In this document: positions 1 through 7,093 of the stretch, piece after piece
Numbering within the stretch: position 1 is the stretch's first letter
Layout: every line of letters begins with the position of its first letter
Virus record (IMG/VR): IMGVR_UViG_3300033388_006651
Location: 82,770-146,769 of that record
Reading direction: 5' to 3' (one strand)
DNA: 64,000 nt
Source: a virus
The notes under the pieces: model-generated
What the model saw: only the letters and a program-made list of their open reading frames with translations
Database searches by the model: none
What the model was told of the DNA's origin: nothing
Made by a program: the position numbers and the translations under genes

Positions 1-525
1 GGCATCATGAACGGCGGCATCGATCAGGCGTACACAGATCGTTTCGGCATCATCGTACAGGAGCGTATCCAGAAGATCCTCCGTGACAAGTATTGGGGCG
101 AGCTCCCCGTTGGCTGTGCCGTCATCGTGCCCACCGACGACCCCGAGTTCCCTTGGTGTGCCAGTGCTCCGACCATGCGTGTGCCCGAATCCGTCAGCAA
201 CACGCTCAATGCCTACCACGCGTTTCGAGCAGTCCGGTTGGCGGTCGAGCGTCACAACAAGGACCCGCGTGCCGCCGAGCACCCGAACTGGACCATCAAA
301 AGCATTTTGTGTCCCGGTCTCGGAACCGCCACCGGCAAACTCGACTACGACCTGTGTGCTCGTCAAATGCTGTGTGCCTACCGGGCGCCGGACTGGCCCG
401 GTGACTGCTCCGAGAATTTCACGACGCCCTGGGCGATGGGACGGTTCATGCGGGGAGAGGCCGACATGGCCGGGGTCTCAACGATTCACCAGACGCCCCA
501 GTTTAAGGTCATTCAGGCGGATTAG
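1..525 (+). CDS. Macrodomain (ADP-ribose binding/hydrolase) protein, 5'-truncated by window edge
   Basis: GIMNGGID, GELPVG, APTMRVP and CPGLGTATG are macrodomain motifs; the frame is open from base 1. Confidence 0.85.
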   Translation, partial: GIMNGGIDQAYTDRFGIIVQERIQKILRDKYWGELPVGCAVIVPTDDPEFPWCASAPTMRVPESVSNTLNAYHAFRAVRLAVERHNKDPRAAEHPNWTIKSILCPGLGTATGKLDYDLCARQMLCAYRAPDWPGDCSENFTTPWAMGRFMRGEADMAGVSTIHQTPQFKVIQAD

Positions 526-549
526 CTACTGGCGCATCTCCGGGGGTTG

Positions 550-575
550 TGTAAATTCTTCCTCTTCCCCGTGCA
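550..575 (+). promoter_or_regulatory. Class-A motif TGTAAA-N14-CGTGCA (putative phage promoter)
   Basis: One of five copies with an identical 14-nt spacer; ends 6 nt before ATG 582. Confidence 0.7.
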
Positions 576-581
576 TGTGTT

Positions 582-1154
582 ATGGCCGCCCAATTCGACA
601 AGCTGCTGGTGCTGGACTTGGATGAGACTCTCATCCACACCACCGGTTTTGGGTTCCCTGGAGACCCTCCGGAGAACACCGCGGACTTTTTCGTGGACGA
701 CGGATTCTTCGCCGTCCACAAGCGCCCCGGAGTGGGGGCGTTCCTGGCCTGGTGCCTGGAGAATTTCCGAGGGGTGGGCGTCTGGACTGCGGGGACTCGG
801 GGCTATGCTCTGGAGATCCTCCCGCACCTGTGCGACCCCAACGATTTCATGTTCGTCTGGGGCCGAGAGCGTTGTGGGTCCCGGCGCGACATGGAGGCCC
901 AGGAGACGCACTGGGTGAAGGACATCGCCAAGCTACACAACCTCGGCTTCTCCAAATCCCAAATTTTGTGTGTGGATGACATCCCGCAGAATTTCGCGCG
1001 TAGCTATGGGAACTATATCCAAGTGCGGCCGTTCCAGGGGGACCGCTCCGACAACGAGCTTGAGTACCTGCGTCGCTACCTCGAGACACTCGGCTCGGTG
1101 CCCAACGTGCGTACCATCGAGAAGCGAGGATGGCGCCCTACGAGTCCGGCATGA
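582..1154 (+). CDS. HAD-superfamily NIF/FCP1-like phosphatase
   Basis: LVLDLDETL, KRPG, VWTAG, KDI and VDD motifs. Confidence 0.9.
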   Translation: MAAQFDKLLVLDLDETLIHTTGFGFPGDPPENTADFFVDDGFFAVHKRPGVGAFLAWCLENFRGVGVWTAGTRGYALEILPHLCDPNDFMFVWGRERCGSRRDMEAQETHWVKDIAKLHNLGFSKSQILCVDDIPQNFARSYGNYIQVRPFQGDRSDNELEYLRRYLETLGSVPNVRTIEKRGWRPTSPA

Positions 1155-2754
1155 TCGTGATCAGGGTTCCGTCGAACTTCCGAAGGTCGAACCCTGTGAT
1201 CGTCTCGTTGTAGGTGGCCAGCACGTTTTTGAGGTACTGGATGGCGACCTTTTCACCAAGCAGGATGCCCTCGTCACCGTCGCTGCGGTAGTGGACGCCG
1301 GCCATGTTGCGGGCCGTGGAGAGGTTGCTGGCGAGTTTTCCGAGTTCGGAGCTGACCGTGATCACATCGACCACGGCAGGGGTGGTGATGGCGGCAGCAT
1401 CAAGCTCGGCCATCGTCTCGTCTCCGGTGATGGATTCCACGATTTTGAAGGTCCCGCTGTCCAGGTCCTTCATCAGGGTGTCGCCGTCGAAGAACGCCTT
1501 GAGGAGCGTCGCACAGGCCCCAGAAAGGACGGCATGGCCTGCCGGGTAACTCGGGTGCGTAGGACTACCCTCCGGGTACATGAGCGGCAGGAGGTACGTG
1601 GCGCTTCCGTTGAGGGTGTTGGCTGCCAGCATGTTGGCTGTGGTCGTTGCACCCAAGACGGAGGCATCCAACAAGTAGTCCTGGGCATCGTCGAGGGTGA
1701 AGTGGACGCGACCGGCGTAGACCTCTGGACGTAGACGCATGTGGGCCACCCACTTCTGCCGCCACGCTGCTTTGAGTGCCAGCTCTGAGACGTGAAAAAC
1801 GCGGTCGAGAATCTCGCCGGCTCCGAGAGTGACGAAGCCGTCCTCGTTTGCCAGGACGGGGATGTTCGGGTCCAGGGGCGCACCGTTCTGGAGCAGGATC
1901 TGCGCTGCGTTGAAGAACGCCAGGCCAGGAGGGTCGTTGTGAACGTAGCTTCCGAGTACTCGAGGAGAGAACGCGCGTTTGCGGGTGCCCGTCAGGTTGG
2001 CGCCGTTTGGCGTGATGCCATTTTGGATGTCGAGCCACCCTGCGGTGGTGATCGATGGAGCCGCATCGCTCTCGGTTTCGATCTCCTGGGCGACGGCGAT
2101 GTTCCCCATGTTGAAATCGTGCAGGAGAAATTGGCTGACGTACGGTCCCACCGTTTCGTCGTACCCAGTTCCACGAAAGAGCGTCCCGCGCGTGACGACG
2201 CCACCGTCTTTGGGCCCCATGAACGATCCAGCCAGGGCGTTTAGATCGGTGAGGAGGGAGGTGACGACGGGTTCTTGAGATGTGGTGCCGTTCTGGATTG
2301 CGTTGAACGATTCGTCACGAAGGAGGGCCATGCCGTAGACCTCGATCATCTCGCCACCGGCCTCGGTAGAGGTCATGGACGGGGCTGCTGGCATCGAGAC
2401 CGAGTAGGCATCTGCGCCGCTGAGGCTGAACGCCAGAGCGGCCTGGGGATTCGTCAATTTACGAACCGCACCGGTGGCACGCACGATGCGATCGAAGTAG
2501 CTCTGGTCCCCGCTGCGGAGGGCCACCTCCATATTCACGAAGTTCTGATCGGTGACTTCGCCGTAGCTGTTGTGCGGCAGTGTTTTCGAGTAGAGCGCCG
2601 TGCGGTAGAGAGTGCCGGCGCGATCGATGACGAGGGCCCGATCGTTGTTGAGCGGTTGGACGACATCTGCCTCTGACCGTTGGAAATTTGCCCGGTCGAT
2701 ACGGAAGTCGTATGGGAGCCCGGTGGGGTCGGAGGGATCTTGGCGCTTCGGCAT
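1138..2754 (-). CDS. Vanadium-dependent haloperoxidase (algal/cyanobacterial VBPO type, PAP2 superfamily)
   Basis: KAAWRQKW..HMRLRPE, HPSYPAGHA and RNMAGVHYRSD vanadate motifs; SKTLPHN and GPYVSQF. Confidence 0.92.
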   Translation of the reverse strand: MPKRQDPSDPTGLPYDFRIDRANFQRSEADVVQPLNNDRALVIDRAGTLYRTALYSKTLPHNSYGEVTDQNFVNMEVALRSGDQSYFDRIVRATGAVRKLTNPQAALAFSLSGADAYSVSMPAAPSMTSTEAGGEMIEVYGMALLRDESFNAIQNGTTSQEPVVTSLLTDLNALAGSFMGPKDGGVVTRGTLFRGTGYDETVGPYVSQFLLHDFNMGNIAVAQEIETESDAAPSITTAGWLDIQNGITPNGANLTGTRKRAFSPRVLGSYVHNDPPGLAFFNAAQILLQNGAPLDPNIPVLANEDGFVTLGAGEILDRVFHVSELALKAAWRQKWVAHMRLRPEVYAGRVHFTLDDAQDYLLDASVLGATTTANMLAANTLNGSATYLLPLMYPEGSPTHPSYPAGHAVLSGACATLLKAFFDGDTLMKDLDSGTFKIVESITGDETMAELDAAAITTPAVVDVITVSSELGKLASNLSTARNMAGVHYRSDGDEGILLGEKVAIQYLKNVLATYNETITGFDLRKFDGTLITIMPDS

Positions 2755-2805
2755 CTCACTTGAGTCCCGGCTATAGGAGGGTCAGTGGTTTTCTGAACAA
2801 AACCC

Positions 2806-2833
2806 TTGACTCTGCGTCTGAGGCGAGTACATT
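2806..2833 (+). promoter_or_regulatory. sigma70-like promoter for the tRNA cluster
   Basis: TTGACT-N16-TACATT about 80 nt upstream of tRNA-His. Confidence 0.55.
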
Positions 2834-2911
2834 CGGTTTCAAGGTAACTCTCATGTTGACGCAAGCACATACCCAGCTCCCCGATGCGGGAGCCGACTAC
2901 AACACCATCAT

Positions 2912-2988
2912 GGTGTCCGTAGCTCAGTTGGTAGAGCGTTCGCTTGTGACGCGAGAGGCCGCGGGTTCAAACCCCGTCGGACACCCCA
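2912..2988 (+). tRNA. trnH: tRNA-His(GTG) with encoded G-1 and CCA
   Basis: G-GTGTCCG/CGGACAC-C-CCA acceptor; anticodon loop TTGTGAC; GGTTCAAA T-loop. Confidence 0.93.
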
Positions 2989-3073
2989 AAAACCGCACTT
3001 CCGTGCAGTTTAGCTAGCCGAGGCTTCCCTTCGTCTTTGGGACGAAGTGGAGCTTCGGCACGCCGCATTTTAT

Positions 3074-3148
3074 GCCGCGGAAGCTGACTTGGTACGCAAG
3101 CGCTGGACTGAAAATCCGGAGGTGACAGTTCGATTCTGTCCCGCGGCA
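3074..3148 (+). tRNA. trnF: tRNA-Phe(GAA), no encoded CCA
   Basis: GCCGCGG/CCGCGGC acceptor; CTGGA-CTGAAAA-TCCGG anticodon arm; GTTCGATTC. Confidence 0.85.
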
Positions 3149-3170
3149 CAACCTAGAAGGAAACAAGACA

Positions 3171-3365
3171 ATGTCACTCATGTTCACTAATTACGATCGC
3201 CACACCATGTGCACGCATGCTGGCCTCCTTGGTCAAAAGGCCAAGGACGGAACCCAGACGTGTGTTCGTTGCGGCAAGACGGTTCTCCCTGCAGATGTGG
3301 AGCGCTTTACGAGGCCGGCTGGACGCAAGTCCGGTCGGCAGACTCAAGGCACTACCCCTTTGTAG
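3171..3365 (+). CDS. Small hypothetical protein (CxH...CxxC, possible Zn ribbon)
   Basis: AGAAGGA RBS upstream; 64 aa; 3' end overlaps the next tRNA. Confidence 0.45.
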   Translation: MSLMFTNYDRHTMCTHAGLLGQKAKDGTQTCVRCGKTVLPADVERFTRPAGRKSGRQTQGTTPL

Positions 3366-3432
3366 CTGAGATAGATTCAAGCGCGCGGTTGAAGCCCGCG
3401 AGACTCGGGTGCGAGCACCGACTGAGGGACCA
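3356..3432 (+). tRNA. Atypical tRNA-Phe(GAA) with CCA
   Basis: CCCTTTG/CTGAGGG-A-CCA acceptor with a mismatch; CGCGG-TTGAAGC-CCGCG anticodon arm; non-canonical TGCGAGC T-loop. Confidence 0.65.
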
Positions 3433-3450
3433 CAACGGTAGGATAGCAAC

Positions 3451-3966
3451 ATGATTCTCTGCACAGACGTGGACTACAACGACGACGGAACAGCCGTCGC
3501 CGCAGGCGTGACTCTCGAGAACTGGTCGGACGACCACGCGCTCGAGGAGCTCGTGGTGCACGTCGATGCCGTCGAACCTTACGTGCCCGGTCAGTTCTAC
3601 AAGCGAGAACTTCCGTGCATCCAAGCCATCATGGCGAAGCTGACTGGTGTCAGCCTCGTCATCGTGGACGGGTACACGTGGCTCTCGCCAGGACGCCCAG
3701 GTTTGGGAGCCCACCTGTGGGGTGATCTTGGGGGCTCGATCCCAGTGGTCGGTGTCGCCAAGGCGTACTTCAAAGATACGACGGCCACCGAAGTGTTCCG
3801 AGGTACCAGCAAGCGCCCGCTGTATGTGTCAGCCCAAGGGATGGACGACAGCGACGCGAGCATCCTGGTGCGCAACATGGCCGGGCGCAATCGGTTCCCG
3901 GAGATGCTCAAGCGCGTGGATCACCTGTGCCGGGGCCATGTTCTCCCGAAAGCGACGGCGTCATGA
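3451..3966 (+). CDS. nfi: Endonuclease V
   Basis: DVDY, PYVPGQFYKRELP, IVDGY, GLGAHL, IGVAK-like VGVAK and RGTSKRPLYVS motifs. Confidence 0.92.
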   Translation: MILCTDVDYNDDGTAVAAGVTLENWSDDHALEELVVHVDAVEPYVPGQFYKRELPCIQAIMAKLTGVSLVIVDGYTWLSPGRPGLGAHLWGDLGGSIPVVGVAKAYFKDTTATEVFRGTSKRPLYVSAQGMDDSDASILVRNMAGRNRFPEMLKRVDHLCRGHVLPKATAS

Positions 3967-4168
3967 TCTCGGGATTCGGCGGGTTCGGCGGTGCCGCGCC
4001 TGCAGCCACCCTCGTCACGGGGGATCACTGTGGTGCCGTGAGCACCGCATAGAGGTTTTCTGGAACTACAAGCGTGGAAGCCTCTCCTGGGAGGATTTCG
4101 TGCAGTACTACGGAGTTGACCCGGAAAGAGGCTCGATCGTTTGTCGGGAACCCGGGTATAAGGACTGA
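3938..4168 (+). CDS. Hypothetical protein (CxxC...CxxH)
   Basis: Fills the gap between nfi and the tRNA-like gene; start uncertain. Confidence 0.35.
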   Translation: MFSRKRRRHDLGIRRVRRCRACSHPRHGGSLWCREHRIEVFWNYKRGSLSWEDFVQYYGVDPERGSIVCREPGYKD

Positions 4169-4172
4169 CCAC

Positions 4173-4278
4173 GCCCAAGTAGCTCAGTGCAAGTCTGCGG
4201 TCACACGTTTCTTGCTTGGTAGAGCGGTCGGCTTAAACTCCGATGCGTCGAAGGTTCAAATCCTCTCCTTGGGCACCG
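4173..4278 (+). tRNA. tRNA-like gene with a 27-nt D-loop insertion and 8-nt anticodon loop (TAA at positions 34-36)
   Basis: GCCCAAG/CTTGGGC acceptor; GCTC/GAGC D-stem; GTCGG/CCGAT anticodon stem; GGTTCAAATCC T-arm; ends ACCG. Confidence 0.7.
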
Positions 4279-4284
4279 AAATTA

Positions 4285-4310
4285 TGTAAATTCTTCCCCC
4301 GCTCCGTGTA
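4285..4310 (+). promoter_or_regulatory. Class-A motif TGTAAA-N14-CGTGTA
   Basis: Ends 8 nt before ATG 4319. Confidence 0.7.
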
Positions 4311-4318
4311 CCTCTCAG

Positions 4319-4543
4319 ATGATTAAGATCGACCATACACAGCCGAATGCTGAGAAACTGGTAGGGCGTCTCGCGAACTGGAAGTTCAAGTCAGCCCTCC
4401 AGCACCTGGAGGGTCAATCGGACGAAGTCGTGGAGACGGTGAAGACACTCTCCACCATGTTCAGCAACTCGGGATGGTTTGAGGGCAACATGGGGCATCT
4501 AGTTAGTGTGGTCGTTCAGACCCTCGTGGAGTCCCACGAATGA
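4319..4543 (+). CDS. Hypothetical protein
   Basis: ORF directly behind the class-A motif, followed by RNase Z. Confidence 0.65.
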   Translation: MIKIDHTQPNAEKLVGRLANWKFKSALQHLEGQSDEVVETVKTLSTMFSNSGWFEGNMGHLVSVVVQTLVESHE

Positions 4544-4552
4544 GACAACATC

Positions 4553-5398
4553 ATGGAGAAATTAACTGTAGCAGGCGTGACCCTCGAAGGGTTCGCGCAA
4601 GGAGGGTGGCAGACTTCGATCTACTGCCCCGAAGTGAGAGCGGTTTTTGACGCGGGCTACGCCTTGCGTGCAAACGTAGAGAACTACTTCATCACGCACA
4701 GCCATCCCGACCACATCATGGCGCTCCCCTACATTGTGGGGCGCCGGGCGGTGTCGGCTGAGCGCAAGAAGATGATCATCCACGTCCCCGAGCAGATTCG
4801 GGAACTGACCGCTACGGTGATCCTCGGAAGCTGTCGCCTCTTCGGCGATCGGTGTCCCGAGGACTTCGTCGAAATCGTCGGGGTCAAGCCCGGCGACTCG
4901 ATCACGCTCAGCAAGCAGCACAGCGTCCAGGTGCTGCCTACGGTTCACCGTGGGCCCACCGTGGGTTACGTGGTCATGCAGCACACCCAGAAGCTCAAGC
5001 CCGAGTACGAGGGCATTGAGGGGCGTGAGCTGGGCCGTCTCCGTGGGGAGGGGGTCGAGATCACCGCAGCCCGTGTGTCGCCGATGCTGGCGATCCCTGG
5101 TGACACCCAGATCGAGTTCCTGCTCAACAACGAGCTGGCTCGAAAGGCCAAGGTCCTCGTTCACGAGGTCACGGTCTGGGACGAGGGGTTCAACAACGTC
5201 GAAGGCTGCCGTCGCTACGGCCACACGCACATCGCGGAGATGGTCGAGCACGCGCACAAGTTCGAGGGAGAGGCTCTCGTGCTTTGCCACCGCTCTATGC
5301 GGTGGACCCGGAAAGAGATCGAGGCGATCGCTCGTCGTCGGTTCCCAGAAGAGGTGCTCAAGAAGCTCCACTTCTTCGACGGTGGCGATCGCCTGTGA
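4553..5398 (+). CDS. rnz: tRNase Z short form, TM-type (metallo-beta-lactamase fold)
   Basis: THSHPDH, KLKPEYEGIEGRE...GVEIT exosite, PGDT, HEVT, GHTH and LCHRS motifs. Confidence 0.85.
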   Translation: MEKLTVAGVTLEGFAQGGWQTSIYCPEVRAVFDAGYALRANVENYFITHSHPDHIMALPYIVGRRAVSAERKKMIIHVPEQIRELTATVILGSCRLFGDRCPEDFVEIVGVKPGDSITLSKQHSVQVLPTVHRGPTVGYVVMQHTQKLKPEYEGIEGRELGRLRGEGVEITAARVSPMLAIPGDTQIEFLLNNELARKAKVLVHEVTVWDEGFNNVEGCRRYGHTHIAEMVEHAHKFEGEALVLCHRSMRWTRKEIEAIARRRFPEEVLKKLHFFDGGDRL

Positions 5399-5404
5399 TA
5401 CCTT

Positions 5405-5510
5405 GGCGATGATGGCAGGCGCGCTCTGGTTCCTGTCCATCGCCCCTCTCCCTGACCAAGCTGCGTATCCCTGGCCCGGGGAACGCTAGCCGGGAGAGGG
5501 GCCAGGGCGC
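5405..5510 (+). ncRNA. Candidate structured RNA (pseudoknot or alternative conformers) between convergent genes
   Basis: Helices 5405-5419/5432-5444, 5445-5452/5492-5499 and 5421-5431/5500-5510, with G-U pairs on the + strand. Confidence 0.45.
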
Positions 5511-6041
5511 TTACGGGTTGAATTTACCGCCGGGGAAATCGTAGATCGTCACCGGGATTCCGTGAGTCACGAAATGCTCGTCGATGAGCACTTCGATCCG
5601 AGCCCAGGAGCCGCCTGCGAGCCAGCAGCCCAGCCTGGGCATGTGAATTGAAACATTGCGTTCAGGGTTCTTGAGAGCGTACGCAGCCAGGTATTTGAAT
5701 CCCTGGCTGATGGCCTTGTAGCGGATGGGGGGCTCACCGCCTTTGGCGGTACGGATGCCCTGTTGTCCGATGATGTTGGCGACCGCGATGTTCTCTTCAA
5801 CAGGGACGAGCTGCATCGCCCCGAGGGGAAGTTTGTTGTCCCATTTCGATGCCCATAGCCGGTACATCTCTTCGGGGCGAGCCCATTGCTTGGAGAGCGA
5901 CATTACGAATCCGGCGCCCCATGCCCCGATACTGTTTGAACAATGTGCGATGATCTTGAGACCGTCACCCTCTGGCGCAGTGGCGTCGCCCTCGACATAC
6001 ATGACGAGGGGGGAGGGGGTCTGCTTTTTCGCGGCTGCCAT
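5511..6041 (-). CDS. Macrodomain protein, Poa1/TARG1/DarG-like
   Basis: YVEGDAT, IIAHCSN.IGAWGAGF, VANIIGQ and IHMPRLGC.LAGGSW motifs. Confidence 0.88.
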   Translation of the reverse strand: MAAAKKQTPSPLVMYVEGDATAPEGDGLKIIAHCSNSIGAWGAGFVMSLSKQWARPEEMYRLWASKWDNKLPLGAMQLVPVEENIAVANIIGQQGIRTAKGGEPPIRYKAISQGFKYLAAYALKNPERNVSIHMPRLGCWLAGGSWARIEVLIDEHFVTHGIPVTIYDFPGGKFNP

Positions 6042-6056
6042 CACCCATTATACGCG

Positions 6057-7049
6057 TCAGCTCAGGGCGAGTTCCCGTTTCTGGGCGTTCTCCGGGATGG
6101 AGGCCATTGCACGAAGATCGGCCATTGATCCCCGGAAGTAGTTGGCGTCCATCTCACCGCTCGTACCGGGCGGTCTTCCGTCTGGACGAGGCTCGTTGTT
6201 GGCGTGCTGGTGGATCACCCAGTCCCAGCCGGGGATCTCCCCAGTGGGTTCCTCGTAGATCCCTTTGTAGCCAGAGACGATCCACAGCGGGCACTGCGAC
6301 AGCGACATCGTCTTGGCCAGCCTGTATTTCCAGAAGTTCGGCCCGGTGTAAACGATGGGCCAGACCCCAAGTTCGTCCTTGATGTACTGGATGAACGCCT
6401 CACAGAAGACGACCACGTCGTTGGCTTTCACGCCGGCCTTGGTCGCGCGATCGTCCCACTCGATGTCCAACACGGGCGGCAGCATCCCGGGCAGGATCTC
6501 TCGGCCGTAGTGATCCAGGAACCATTCGGCTTCGTTGCGGCCATCCTCGGCGAACCCTTTTTCGCCGTCGCTGTTCTTGAGGGAGACTCGAGCGAAGTGG
6601 TAGGCGCTCCAGATCTTGCCGGCCGCGATCGCCTTCTCCTTGTTCTCAGCGAAACGGGGATCGGCGTAGCCTTCGCCTTTCTTGTCCTTGCCGCCTTCCG
6701 TGGCCTTGAGGATGACGAAGGGGAAATCGACCATCCTTTCGTGATCGACGGGCCCTTGATGTTTGGCGACATCGTAACCAAGCACGTCGTCGCGCTCGGT
6801 GAAGGCCGTCTCCCAGAGTTTGTGCGCTAGACGGAGGACCTCTGGCTCAGGGGCTTTGGGTTCTGGGAGTTCGGCGCCCTCGTTCGTCCACTTCGTGTTC
6901 TCAATGTGGAGTTCCTCGGTGGGTTTCCCTTTGGGAGCACCGTCCCGTGGAGGGTTCGAGAAGAACCCCAGGATACGCGCAATGAGGTCCGCGAAAGAGA
7001 ACACGGGGACTTTGTCACCGTGCATCTGGTCCCTGATTTCAACTTCCAC
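6057..7049 (-). CDS. GH25 lysozyme (muramidase) with N-terminal extension
   Basis: GYDVAKHQG, KATEG, AYHF, PPVLDIE, IVYTG and DAN motifs. Confidence 0.9.
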   Translation of the reverse strand: MEVEIRDQMHGDKVPVFSFADLIARILGFFSNPPRDGAPKGKPTEELHIENTKWTNEGAELPEPKAPEPEVLRLAHKLWETAFTERDDVLGYDVAKHQGPVDHERMVDFPFVILKATEGGKDKKGEGYADPRFAENKEKAIAAGKIWSAYHFARVSLKNSDGEKGFAEDGRNEAEWFLDHYGREILPGMLPPVLDIEWDDRATKAGVKANDVVVFCEAFIQYIKDELGVWPIVYTGPNFWKYRLAKTMSLSQCPLWIVSGYKGIYEEPTGEIPGWDWVIHQHANNEPRPDGRPPGTSGEMDANYFRGSMADLRAMASIPENAQKRELALS

Positions 7050-7062
7050 ATAAAGGGGCCAT

Positions 7063-7079
7063 CGATAGGGAGGCTATCG
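7063..7079. promoter_or_regulatory. Palindromic double class-B (putative late) promoter CGATAG-N5-CTATCG
   Basis: Reads as the GATAG-N5-CTATCG motif on both strands, 13-14 nt from each GH25 start. Confidence 0.6.
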
Positions 7080-7093
7080 CGACCCCCTCGGTG

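Noticed and set aside
4226-4245. Ochre-suppressor reading (anticodon TTA) of the tRNA-like gene
   Set aside because: With the GTCGG/CCGAT stem, C32-U33 puts TAA, not TTA, at positions 34-36; TAA stops are also used normally.
5405-5510. HDV-like ribozyme
   Set aside because: A 7-bp G-initiated P1 and a TTCCTGT loop are present, but the GG needed for P1.1 after P1 is missing. Kept only as an unclassified structure.
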